Source: Podarcis filfolensis (taxonomy: Eukaryota). From it: a DNA stretch of 64,000 nucleotides. The DNA lies in NCBI GenBank assembly GCA_964270895.1, contig OZ185441.1; one strand, written 5' to 3'. Below, one piece after another: positions 13,889 to 26,560 of this stretch. Each line of letters opens with the position of its first letter. The stretch's first letter is position 1. A program made the translations under genes and the position numbers. A model generated the notes under the pieces. The model did not search any database. It had not been told where the DNA came from and saw only the letters and a program-made list of their open reading frames with translations.

Positions 13889-14706
13889 GTGAGGTGGAAT
13901 TTTGTCCTTTTTCTCCTTTCCCACATGAATCTGGTGTCTCCAGTAACACTTTGAAACTTGACTGAGGGCTGATTCACCAGTTATCAGAATAGGGTGGGGC
14001 CTCCTTCTTCATAACTTAACCCTGCACCACATAGTCATAACGCCTTGGGAAAGAGAGAGCAGGAGAGTGGGGAAAATTACACTGATTTCTTCCCACAAAC
14101 TGCTGCCTTTTAATGAGAGAAAGTGGGTAGGGGAGCAGGGGCTGGAACTAGGATGTGAATAATAAGAAAATGATAATTTAAAATCATCCTTCAAATGCTG
14201 CCTGTCACAAAGTTAGCTTTTTGTATTTTTGCAACTGCTAAGTTCCCTCCGCCCCCGTACAATTAGATTTCTTTCTCTAAGAAAAACCAATCACTCCCTT
14301 GAGTTTTTACATTGAAAGGGTGGAGTCTAAGGCTTCTGAAATACCGGTAAATAAAGCTAGATATTAATTTGGTAGCCTAGAAATAACTAAAAGAGATTGA
14401 TCTGGAAGCTTAGGATGGGGTAAGAGGAACTATTGTTTCCTAGAATTCATTGAATTGTCTTTGTTCATAAAAATGACAAATCAGCTGTTCTGTTGTGGAT
14501 GTAATACGTGAGGAGTCAGTGTGCTTTTAGAGCAAACATTTCTTTGCAGCGTATGCTTCTAAGAGTCCTATAGCTAGCACAGAAGCCAAAACCAGACAAG
14601 ATTTTGGGCTTTGTTTTCCATTGTCTGCCGTTTAGCCTGGTGTCTCTAGGTTAAAAACAGCAGGTTACGCGGTCCTTTTTCACACAGTAGCAACTTCCAG
14701 ACTTGG

Positions 14707-14777
14707 ATTGGTGCGTGTGTTGCTGTCCTGGGAAGGAGGCTGCTGATTGGATAAATAGAAAGGCAGTCTCAGCCAAT
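14707..14777. promoter_or_regulatory. CCAAT-box cluster, promoter of the third variable exon
   Basis: ATTGG at 14707 and 14746, CCAAT at 14773, ATAAATA at 14751; 240-310 bp upstream of ATG 15017. Confidence 0.5.
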
Positions 14778-15016
14778 GAGCAGGAGGTTAGCATTGAAGA
14801 TCTGCGGTGTGTACCACTCCCCTCCTGTGTCAATCTCTCTCAAACCAAAACAATGAATGAGAGAGGTAAACACTGACCACAGACCCTTTTCCTCTCATAT
14901 ATTTCATATTTCTTCAAGATAGGTGGTGAATCCTCCAGAGGTTTAAAGAGATACTGCCTGCTATATTTAGCTCCTGTTTTGCAGTTTTAGAGCTTCCTGC
15001 TGTGGATTTCAGAAAG

Positions 15017-17455
15017 ATGCTCAGAACAGAAAACTCTGCCTGGCGTTTGGGACTCGTGCATGCCTTTGCCTTCTGTCTGTTTCTGAGTGACTGTTTTGCA
15101 CAGATCCGTTACTCTGTCCCAGAGGAACTCACTCGAGGAGCCTTTGTAGGAAATGTTGCTAAGGACTTAGGAATGGATGTGACAAAGCTTGCAGCTGCCA
15201 ATCTGCAGGTGCTTTCTGATTCTGACTCCCAGTATTTCTCTGTGAATGTGAACACTGGAATCATAATAGTCAATGACAGAATAGACAGGGAGCAGCTCTG
15301 TGGGCAGAACCTGCGCTGTTTCTTGCATCTCAAACTTGCTATTGAAAACCCAGTGGAGTTCTATCGCATCGAAGTGGAGATTCTGGATATCAACGACAAT
15401 GCGCCTGTGTTCTCAAGTAGCACAATATCTCTGCAGATCTATGAACTGGCTGCACTGGGTGCCCGTTTCCCCATCCCACACGCACAGGATTCAGATGTAG
15501 GAACTAACACTTTACAGACCTACCACCTCAGCGCCAATGAGAACTTCAACCTCAACGTGAAGGCACGTACAGATGGCACCAAATTCCCAGAGCTAGTACT
15601 GGAGAAACCCCTGGACAGGGAGCACATCGCTGTCCACCACTTGGTCCTGACAGCTGAAGATGGGGGCATATCCCCCAAATCTAGCGCTATTCGAATTGCT
15701 GTCCACATTCTGGATGCCAATGATAATCATCCGGTTTTTGACAAACCTACTTATTATACCCGCTTAGTAGAAAACTCTCCTCCAGGAACTCTGGTGATTA
15801 AGCTGAATGCAACAGACTTGGACGAAGGGCCGAATGGAGAGGTGCAGTATTCCCTCAGCAGCCATAACTCAGAAGCCTTGCGCAGGATATTTGCTATCAA
15901 TGAGACTACGGGAGAGATCCGTGTCCAAGGGAGCCTGGATTTTGAAGAGGCTAATGTCTATGAGATCGAAGTGGAGGCTAAGGACATGGGCTCCCCTACT
16001 ATGGAGGAACACTGCAGTGTTATGGTAGAAGTCACAGATGTCAACGACAATGCACCTGAAGTTATTCTCACCTCTTTCTCCAGCTCTATGGGTGAAGATG
16101 CGCCTCCTGGCACTGTGGTTGCTGTGATACATGTCAAGGATAGAGACTCTGGGGATCAAGGGAAAGTCCGGTGTGATCTGCCCAGAAACCTTCCTTTCAA
16201 ACTTCGGAAAGACTTTGAGCACCAGTATTCCTTGCTCACAAGTGAGCAACTAGATCGTGAGAGCACTCCGCAATACAACGTCACCATCTATGCCTTTGAC
16301 TTGGGGAATCCACCTCTTTCTGAGCACACCTCTTTCTCCATAACTCTGGCAGATGTCAATGACAACCCACCTCATTTTGACAGGCCATTTTATGAAGCCG
16401 TCATAGAAGAGAACAATCCAGTGGGGGTGGTACTGCTTAGAGTTTCTGCAACAGATTCTGATAAGGACCAGAACTCCCGTTTGTCTTATTCTGTTTTGGC
16501 GAGCCCAGGGCAAGGATTGATTGAGGACCTCACCTCTTATGTCTCCATCAACCCAACAAATGGAGATGTCTTTGCAGAAAGCCCTTTTGATTACGAGCAC
16601 ACGAATCATTTTCAGTTCCTGGTGGAGGCGTGTGATGGTGGCTCCCCTCCTCTCTGCAACAGAATCATGGTGCACATCTACCTCCTAGATCAGAATGACA
16701 ATGCACCCTGGATTCGATTCCCCTTTACTGGGAAAGATTCTGTTGTACAGTTCAGAATTCCACGATCTACTGCAGCCAATGCCTTAATCACAAAAATTAT
16801 GGCAGTGGACTTGGACTCTGGGCGAAATGCTTGGCTCTCTTACCATGTAGAGCAAGCCACAGACCCTGGTATTTTCAGCATGGCCCTCCGTAGCGGGGAG
16901 GTGAGGACTACACGAGCATTACAGGACATAGACAATCCTACCCAGGACCTTGTCCTGGTTGTCAAAGACTCAGGTGATCCTTCCTTGTCCACCTCAGTCA
17001 CTGTGATGGTGCTCTTGGAGGAGAGCAGCCCTGAAACCTTTCTGGGGTTAACAGCTCACTCAGTGGAAACTGAGGGACCTCCCACATTGACTGTGTACCT
17101 TATCATCTCCTTGGCAGCAATTTCCACCATCTCGCTGATGGCTTTGGTGGCCTTGGGAGTTCGATGCCTCCGCCGTGATTCACGTGCAACATCTACCATC
17201 TTTGGATGCTGTGGAAGCAAAGCTGGTGGGCTTCAAGATGCTTCAGATCACGTGATGGGACATTGCCATTATCAGCTGAGCCCTGGAGATGCCATGATAG
17301 GAGTGCAAGTGGCCACTTCTGGACCCCCTGCCCGTGGATACAGATCCTGCTTTTCTCCTGTCTCAGACATTAGCGAATTTGTATTCATGAAACCTAATCT
17401 GACACTTAGGACAGCCTCTTGCAGCAATCTCACTGAACCCAGCTTCTTTGGCAAG
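15017..17455 (+). CDS. Protocadherin-gamma variable exon, C-type-like, downstream of C5
   Basis: Within ORF 15002-17521; first ATG at 15017. QIRYSVPEE, six EC repeats, LCGQNLRC, EHCSVM, TM LTVYLIISL. Phase-0 donor AAG|GTGAGA after 17455. Confidence 0.93.
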
Positions 17456-17929
17456 GTGAGAATTTTCCATGTAGTGTCCCTATTTTGTTCCAGCCATGGC
17501 ACCACCTTTCTTTTCTTTTGAGTTTCCCTGCACCTAGGAGAAGTGCCTGGGGTGGGGGTGAGGAATCAACGCGTGGTCTCAAGCATAGGCTGTGATACAT
17601 TGCACCTATCTGCTCCAAAGCTTTGTGTGCCTAATTTTCCTCTCTTTCTTTATGAGCGGGGGGGGGGAGGGGGAGGGGATTGAAGTGAAGAGGTTGCAGG
17701 AGGGTAGAGTAGCCCCCTCCCCCCTCCTGGAGTTACAGCTGCCGTCAGCAGCTCGCCCTGTCTGCGTTCTGCACCTTCGGTTCCTGCTTTTCCACCAAAG
17801 GGGCATCAAGGGAGCTCTTCTGGCCAATGGCTCCCTTGGGTCAGCCCTCCAAATCTCTCTGCTGCGCTGGGAAAGGAATGGGAAGCGCAGGGAGGGAAAA
17901 CTGGTGGCAAGAGAGATTGGGGAGGGGGG

Positions 17930-18830
17930 AGCAGCAGGGTGTGTGTGCGTTTCGGGGAAGGGGCTTCTCTGCTGCTGCCGCCGCCGCCGCCGCCGCCGAG
18001 GAGGGAATTGCCGCTTGTCTGTATCCATTTCACAGCCCCTTTTCTCTGCTGCTCCTTTTGCCAATGAGCTGCTGCTGATCCGAGCGCTTTAAAATCCCCC
18101 CGCTCCCCCCTCCCGCCTCTCCAGCTGCAGCCCGCGCCTTTCCGCTGCACAGCACCTCTCAGGTCACCCCGGAGCCTCCAGGAGCAGACCTGGGGGGCGG
18201 GGCGGGGGGCACCGGACTGCGGCGGGGTCCGGAGGCAGCAGCGGCCACCCCCGGGCTGGATACCTGGACCAGAGGCAGCCGCTGGAGACGGCCATCCTTG
18301 CGCGCAAAGGAGCCAGGCATGGGCGGCGGGCAGAGCTGGTCGTGGCAGCTGCTGGCGCTGGTGGCTGCCGCCTTGTCCCTGCCAGGGCTCATCCCCGCGC
18401 AGATTCGCTACTCCATCCCAGAGGACCGGGACCCAGGCTCTTCCGTGGGGAACGTGGCGAAGGACCTAGGCGTGGACGTGCGGAGCTTGTCCGCTCGCCG
18501 CCTGCAGCTGGTCAGCGACGGGATGCGCCACTACTTCCATGTCAACCTCGCCGACGGCATGTTGCTGGTCCACGAGAGGCTGGACCGCGAAGCTCTGTGC
18601 AGCTCCAGCCCCACGTGCTCCTTCCCTCTCCAGCTGGTGCTGGAGAACCCCCTGCAGCTCCACCGGGTGGAGGTGGAGATCCTGGACGTGAACGACAACG
18701 CCCCCAAGTTCCCGAAGGACAGGGTTTCCTTGGAAATCACCGAGGTGGCCAACCCGGGCACCCGCTTGCGCCTGGAAGCCGCCGAAGACCCGGACACGGG
18801 CTCCAACTCCATTGCCACCTATGAGCTTAG
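17930..18830. promoter_or_regulatory. CpG island over promoter and EC1 of the last variable exon
   Basis: Very high GC and CpG density, GC boxes, CCAAT at 18061, (GCC)7 at 17977-17997. Confidence 0.8.
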
Positions 18831-20754
18831 CCCAAGCGAACATTTTGCCTTGAGCATTAACGTCAGGGGGGACGGGGTCAAAATGCCCGAAATTGTGCTG
18901 GAGAAGCTTCTAGACAGGGAAAAAGCCGCTGTCCATCACTTAGTCCTGACAGCTCTGGATAGTGGGAATCCTGTTCAGTCTGGGACTGCCCAGGTGACAG
19001 TCCACGTCCTGGATGCAAATGACAACCCCCCTGTGTGTGACCCGCCAGTGTCCAAAGTTTATTTGGAGGAAAATGTCCAGGTGGGGACTGTCGTAACTAA
19101 GCTCAATGTTACGGACTTAGATGAAGGTCCCAATGGAGAGATGGAGTATTTCCTCAAAGCCAGCAACAGCGCACCTCTGAAGCTCCTTGACTTATTTAGC
19201 TTGGATCCCCAGACAGGGGAGATCAGGACCAAAGCTTTGCTGGACTACGAAGAAGCCAATGCTTACGAGATAGCTATCTACATAAAAGACAAGGGGTCCC
19301 CTGCCATGGAGGGTCACTGCAACATCAGAGTGGAACTTGTTGATGTCAATGACAACCGCCCAGAGATTATGCTGACCTCCCTCTCTAGCCCAGTGCAAGA
19401 AGATGCACCCACAGGAACAGTCATTGCCCTGATCCAAGCAAAGGACAACGACTCTGAGGAAAATGGGCAAGTCCACTTGGAGATTACCAGGCACATCCCG
19501 TTCAAACTGGTGTCTTCCTTTAAGGGACATTATTCACTGGTGACCAATGGGCCCCTGGACCGAGAGAAGGCTGCTGGATATAATATCACAATTAAAGCAA
19601 CAGATTCTGGAATGCCTCAAAAATCCACCCACAAAAACATATTTATTCAAGTCTCAGATGTCAATGACAATGCACCCACTTTCTCCATCCCTTCATACAC
19701 TGCCCATGTGGAGGAAAATACTTCCCCTGGGACTCTAGTTTTTTCTCTGTCAGCCTCAGATCCGGATGCAGGTGTCAACTCCAAGCTGTCTTATTCCATT
19801 GTGGACAATGGAAATCATGGCTTACCCATTTCGACCTATTTCCACATCAACCAAGAAAATGGCAGCATTTACACATCCAGGATGCTTGACTATGAGCAAG
19901 AGAAAGTCTTTCAAGTTGCAGTGGAGGTGAAGGATTCGGGTTTCCCACCCCTGAGCAGCACAGCCACTCTTCACTTGTTTGTTGTGGACCAGAACGACAA
20001 CGCCCCGGTGATTGTGCACCCGCAAGTCTCCAAGGGCTCTGCCTTTCACCAGCCAGTTCTGCTCCCAGTGGAACCTGGATTCCTGGTGACCAAAGTGGTG
20101 GCTGTGGATGCTGACAGTGGCCACAATGCTTGGCTGTCCTATAGTTTGCTTCAGGACGCCAATGAAGCCACCCCGTTCAAAGTGGAACGCCACTCAGGAG
20201 AGATCCGGGCTGTTCGGGCATTGAGGGAGCCTGGGGTGTCCCACAGGTTGGTGATAGAAGTAAGAGACAATGGAGTGCCGTCTCTCTCAGCCTCACTGGT
20301 TCTTGTGATTTCCTCAGAGGATAATGCTGTGCAGGACTTTTCCAAGTCCTTGGACCTTCTCCCCAAATCACCTTCCAGAGCCCCCAGCCTAACTCTCTAC
20401 CTTATCATCTCTCTTGTGGCCATCTCTCTGGTCTCTTGTGTAATGTTGGTTATTGTGGGGGCCAGGTGCTTCAGATCTGGCCTCTGTGTCCCCAGCTGGT
20501 TCATGTCACACTGCTGTAGTAAGAGGACAGACAGGAAATCCACCATAAATTTCACTGGGCGCCCACATCCCGAAGGCTTTATCAGATACCTTGAAGTGGG
20601 CGGAGCTGGAGCTCAGCACTACAAGTCTTGTCTCTCTCCAATGTCTGAACAGGGCGAATTCTTTTTTGTTAAACCTTTCAGTCATTCCACTACAGCAGAA
20701 AGCATGCTTGCCTTTGAGCAGGCAGGCAGTGTTTTGCAGAGTCCCTCTGATGGG
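18319..20754 (+). CDS. Protocadherin-gamma variable exon, C-type-like, last before the constant region
   Basis: Within ORF 18298-20838; ATG at 18319. QIRYSIPED, six EC repeats, LCSSSPTC, GHCNIR, TM LTLYLIISL. Phase-0 donor GGG|GTAAGA after 20754. Confidence 0.93.
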
Positions 20755-23700
20755 GTAAGATACACTAAAGTGATTCTTAAAACATTTCTGCTTGCAATCC
20801 ATAAATCCATATTTATCTACCATATTTATCTACCATAGACTTCCATCTGCTAGGTGTAAAGAGGTAAATGAGGTGTGTATGCATGTGTGTGTGTTGTGAA
20901 GGGTGACATCCCGGGGTTCCTTCATTTTGCAGCTTTTATGCTTTTTACAAGGTGCATGTAGGGCTTTCATTTCTTTCCATGCTACACTCTCTGCAACTGC
21001 CTCCCCCCCCCCGCCAGGATGTTCTATGGTAAATTGGGGTGAGAGGAGAATGCATGTGCAGTGGTTGCTCTTGACTGGGACTCCTGGGAATATGACTAAA
21101 GGGTGGTATAAAAATATTATAATAAAACAAATATATAGGGTGGTAATCCAACACATGCATCCCATCCGTGCAAGGATTTCTGCTTGTGAAATGGGGTCTG
21201 CCCCCTTCCCTCCCCCCATTCTTCCTCTCCACATGCTCCACAAACTCTCCCCAAATCTGCTCCAGAGAGTTGAGGAACCTCCAGACAGAGTTAGGTGGTG
21301 CACAGCAGGTGGGGCAGGGGGGAGGCAAGAGGCAAGGGGAGTCCTGTTTTGCAAGAGGAAACCCATCTGCTGATGGGATGTTTAGGTAGCCCTATGCTGG
21401 ACATAAGGTCAGGTGGATCCACAGTCCTGTTTGGGTTGCTACTGTTGCTTGTCAGTTAGGCTTTTAAAAACTCGGTAGAATTATTATTATGCCACGCGTG
21501 TGCACAGCACTTTACAGAGTAAAGAAAAGCACAACCCATGGCCCTGCCACAAGAAGCTCTCGACCTAAATGTAGTCAGAGAAAAGGGGGAGGCAAGTTTA
21601 GCGAAGGATGAATGAGAGCAGATGCAGCTACAAACGAGCTCTGTTCCAGACCTTCTCTACATGTGCAGCAAACATTTGGGGAAGAAGCCAGATCTGAAAA
21701 GACTTTGACTCCACTCTCGTCTCAGCTGGAGAGGAAAGCCAGAGGTTTAAACCAAAGGCTTTATGGAAGAAGTTAGTTCTGAGCAGAGGTTCAAAGGAAG
21801 AGACTGAAATGGGACCACATGGGTGTATATGTTGAGGCATCTTTAGCTGCATCGTTTTGCACAGATGTGCTTAATGGATCCTTTAGCAAAAGAGCCTATG
21901 ATGGTGATGATGGTGAGGATATGGGTCAAAAGGTGAGGGTTGCTGAATTCATTTTAAAAAGTACTCCCTACTCACCTCACTGCCACCATTATCAGAGTTC
22001 TGTAAAACTGTCAGGCAAATCCAGCTCTATCACCATCTTAAGGTAATATCGTGGAAAAACTGTGACGCCGCTGGTGTTACTTTGCCATTTTGAGCATCTT
22101 TTAATTTTGACATGTTGCGTCGGGGGTCTTCGCCCCAAAAGCAGCCTGCAAGCATTTAAAACAAGTATGTCCTATAAATACATGATTCTGTGACATCACA
22201 GTTACACTTAAGCAGCACCTTAGGGAAAACTTCTTATGACCATTCACTGGGACGTTCTCATGTGGAAGTCCCATTGAAGTGAATGGGCATTTCAGAAGTG
22301 TGCAGGAGGGCATCATCAAGCCCTTTCCATAAGAGTGGCAGGAGCTAAGAGTGACTGCAAATGAGACAGTATATTTTTAACTGAATTATTTGGATGTGTT
22401 ATAATGTGAGTAATTGATACATTTTAAAATATAAATTAAAAAATTAAAAAACATATTTTTAAAAATGAAAATTTCCCATTGGGTTAACACAAGGGACAGG
22501 AAACAGCGAGCCCTTGGTGAAAGGGGCAGGCTCAGCTTATTTAAGAAAAAGCAACAATACAAAATTTACATATCAGTAATTTTAACAAACTGCTCTTACT
22601 TCATTTTTGCTTCTTTCCTGCTTCTAAATTTTGCTGGCGCTATGAAGATACTATGTGCAGAATGAATGCAGTATTTTGCAACACATGACACTCTGTTTTG
22701 CAATCCTTATCGTGCACAGCTTTCACATTCCAGCTTTTGCCACCTCGTAAAGAAATATAGCTGAAATTTGAGCTTTTTGAGACTTGGGGACAGGAACTTA
22801 ACCATTTTAGGAATGTCTAAATCCACATTTAGAAACTTAAATAAACAGGTGCCATTTTCTAAACTTCAGAAAACCACAGGTTGTGTTTGGGGTTTTTTTT
22901 TTTTTAATTCAGTGTGTGCTGAAGATGCTCAAAATATATTTAAAGAACTGCCTGTATTTAGGTGTTTAAATTTAGGATTTAAGGTTTGATTATTGTAGCC
23001 TCTGGCTCTGCAAATTATAGAAGCAACTGAGGAAGTAAGTGTTCACAATGAATAACTCAAAGGAGGAGGCTTGTTTCTGCATATTTAGTCTGCACAGAAA
23101 TATAATACATGCTATCTACTGTTATATATGATAATTTTACACATACACATACATAAATAGATTTATGAACTTGTTTAACTGACACCAGTAGTATATTTTA
23201 ATCCTTTAGCTTTCACAGATCAATAATCAGTAAAGCTGGAACCCTCCTATTGCAGTAGGACACATTGTCTCAACCCTAGCTATGTCTACTCAGAAATGAG
23301 TCCTATTGAATTTAATTGGGCTTACTCTCAGGCAAGTGGGGTTTGGATTGCAGGCATATAGTTTTTTATTTGCAGGATCCTTGGAGTCCAGATTCACCTG
23401 AATCAATTCTAATTTTGACGTTGCTTGAATAAGATGTCGATTACACCCTTGTATCCTGATCTTAAAACATGTTTATCCATTTTGTTTAAGGAAAAAACAC
23501 ATAAACAACGGTTCGGGTGCAAATCTCTCTAATGGTGTGGAATATTATTACTGAAGGATTAATGGAGGAGACTGACAGGATATCTGGAGTTTTGCAGCAT
23601 GCATCAACCACAGTGTGTCTTTCAGCTGTGATCACAAAGAGCCATTCAGACATGCTGCTCATAGTGGCATTTTATGTACTCCTTTATTTACAAAATGTCC

Positions 23701-24281
23701 ATTGTTCTAATAATACAACAATGTGGGTGGAAAGTAATACACGGCTCAGTCTATTCTGATATAGTGTCTTCTGTTGCACCTTCAAAGAAATCATTATTGT
23801 TGTGGGAAATGGAATTTTTAATCTCAGTGGGCGAAAAAGATTGCAAAGCTCCAAAGATCAAAGGAAACAGAAGACATTAAATCAAAGCCCTAACACTGAC
23901 CTGTTTCAGAAAAGATTATAAATTAGGAAATTCTATTAGCTTTTCAGATGTTGGTATTCTCTCAGTACCAATTAATTCTGTTCTTCTCCCCCCCCCAAAA
24001 AAAAATTATTCCTGATGTTCTCTGGTGTTTTCTGGTTTAAATGATGCCCCTTCAAGCTTATTTCATGCTTCATTTATTCATGGATAGTTTCTGATTGTCT
24101 TATCTTCTGCAAAATTATTTAGATTATTTTCTTATCATGTTAACCAATCACGCTTCTTTAGAAGTATTTCGGAACATATAATGATGTTCTCTGCTTGTGT
24201 GTGCATGTGTGTGTATATTTTATAGCTGAGCTTCATTTTAGGAATAGAAGCATTAAACCTCTCTTTGTGTTTCTCTTGCAG

Positions 24282-24340
24282 CAAGCACAACCTAACACAG
24301 ACTGGCGTTTCTCTCAGGCCCAGAGACCAGGAACCAGTGG
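24282..24340 (+). CDS. PCDHG: PCDHG constant exon 1 (59 bp)
   Basis: ttctcttgcag| acceptor. Encodes [19 protein letters not shown](G). Donor GG|GTGAGT. Length and sequence match the mammalian constant exon 1. Confidence 0.97.
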
Positions 24341-24617
24341 GTGAGTTATTTATTTTCTCATCTTCTGGAAAGCTGTTCCAAAGTTCCAGCTATGGATTTT
24401 CATTCTGTGCTGTTGTGGAAATGCACTGAATATATGGATGCATAGCTGAGGCAGCAGCAGCCTGATCTTTCTCTGATCTTTCAGCTGTTCTGCCACAATT
24501 TCTATAATACATCGTGCTAAAAAAAATCGAAAAGGGTTGTGTGAGTTTGAGTCTATGTTATCTCACACTTCAGTTTTCCATATGCAGTGAATGAACCAAC
24601 CTATGGATTAAGGCAGG

Positions 24618-24752
24618 AATAGGGAATCCATGGTCCTCCAGATGTGTCCAGACTACAGCTCCTATCATCCCTGACTGTTGACCACCCTGGCTGAGACTGA
24701 TGGGAGTTGGAGTCCAACAACATCTGGAGGGTCACAGATACCCTATCCTTGG
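24618..24752. mobile_element. Palindromic MITE-like repeat
   Basis: ctccagatgt...actacagctcc arm versus ggagttggagtccaacaacatctggag arm form an imperfect hairpin. Confidence 0.55.
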
Positions 24753-25629
24753 GTTAAGGCATATTCCTGAGCTTCTTGTTGTACTGGTTGTCTGGTTCTA
24801 TCTATTGTTACCAAAAAAGAAGAAGCTGAGTTGTAAATAAATGAGAGAATTAAATGACTTACCAACAATCTCTTGTCAAGCTATTAAGTAAATCCAACTG
24901 AGCTGAATTGGTTATTATTAAAATAGGGTTGCCAGTTGGCCAAAAAAGAAAGCTCTCACTCTGTGCCTCTGCAAAAGTCATCAAGTGGTAGTATGGAGCA
25001 AGGTGTTTCACCATTAATTTGCTGCAGAACAAATTGCAGTTAAAGGGGCTGGCCAAAACTTGGAATACACAGTCATGTAGATTGGAGGAGGATGCTGGAT
25101 GATGAAAACATGGTCTGGTAGCACTTTCTGCCTCCCTCAGATAATGAATATCTGAGATAGCTGGAGAAAGCCAGCAGCACCCCAAACCACAGACAACCAC
25201 GCTAGAATGAAGCAACACCTTGAAAACTCCTTGACATTGTCGTCATGTGATAAAGTTGGGCTCTAGCCTGCAAAGGATTCTGCCTTTAACAAACACAATA
25301 GCTTTTAAAGGTGCCACAGGACTGACTCCTTTTGTAGGTTTTGCTTCCCTCTATGGACCCGACACACTTCTAGTTCTGAAAACTGTCCTCTTATTAATCA
25401 AGGATGTCAAGTTCAATATTGTCCAGAATAAATTGAATATATAGAATATGAATAGCCTTGGGGTGTTGTAACAAATGAACAAAAATCCCAAAGGAAAGAG
25501 TGGTGACAATACAGCAGCTTTGTAAATAGAAGCTGTTATCCCCTTATTGAAAGTTGCATGGTGAGTCTGTGACTCAGGTGACTGTAATTGATTGATTTAG
25601 CAAAATTTATATACTGCTTGTTTATAAAT

Positions 25630-25870
25630 AAAACTTCTAAGCGGTTTACAAAAAATATTATTATTTATTTAATTTCTATACCCACAGTGCCTCTGTCTTG
25701 CCAGGATTCGAGCTCAGTTTATTTTCCCTCATGTAGTCCACCATTGTATTCAGGCCTGCATGACCTCCCGATTCAGATGTTTTCAAAAAATAGACCTGAG
25801 CATCGTCAGTATACGAATGGCATCCTGCCCCCAAACTCCTAATGACTACTCCCAGTGGTTTCATAGGACT
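25630..25870 (-). mobile_element. L2-clade LINE reverse transcriptase fragment
   Basis: ORF 25676-25864 reads MKPLGVVIRSLGAGCHSYTDDAQVYF...NPGKTEALW, a degenerate YADD region. Confidence 0.75.
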
Positions 25871-26399
25871 GGGGATAAAACTGTGGCCTGTGGCATAACT
25901 GCCAGGGAGCCAAAAAGCACTTTTCCAGTGCTCCTTTCTGGACTTGGTCCCATAGGAGGGACCAGGACAACTGTAGTAGAGTGCCCCCAGATCTCCACTT
26001 CACAGAGCCAGTCCAGGAGGATTCCATAGTCCAGAGGTTTTCATAGTCCAGTGTGCCGTGGCACCCCAGGGTGCCTTGAATGATGGTCAGGGGTGCTGTG
26101 GCCAACACTGGCCTCTGTCCCTCTTTCTTTCTTTCCCTCCCTCCTCTGATGCCTTCTCAAGTTTCAGCCTCCCAAAGATTTGCACAGCTGTTTGTTGCAG
26201 CAGCCCTGGCTATAAGCCCTGCAGGTGAATGGTGCCTCTGGGAGACACCTCTCTTTGGGGCAGGGAAACCAGGGGTGGCAGGAGAGGAGACGGGAGAGGA
26301 GAACAGGTTGAGAGGAGGAACAGCTCTGCAGGCAAAGGGTGACACAACGGGGCTCCTGAGCCCCACAGGGGTGCTGCAGAAAGAATGTGGTTGGTCAAG

Positions 26400-26560
26400 G
26401 GAGTCGTGGACTACAAAAGGTTGAAAACCTCTGCCATAGTCAATGGTATTGAAAGCTGCAGAAATACTGAGAAGTGGGAGCAAAGTTGCACTGCTCTCAT
26501 CCCATTCTCTTTGGAGTGCCCCTGTACACCTCCATCCATAGGCGCTGGCTCCTGAGGGCT
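26400..26560 (-). mobile_element. Degenerate L2 RT fragment
   Basis: TLLPLLSISAAFNTIDYG resembles the L2 motif LLLLDLSAAFDTIDH. Confidence 0.6.

Noticed and set aside
7774-20823. Many antisense and alternate-frame ORFs inside the variable exons
   Set aside because: Shadow ORFs caused by codon bias of the cadherin genes; no independent similarity.
7310-20838. ORF-track boundaries for the four large ORFs
   Set aside because: They start at upstream non-ATG codons and run past phase-0 splice donors; true exon limits are given in the features.
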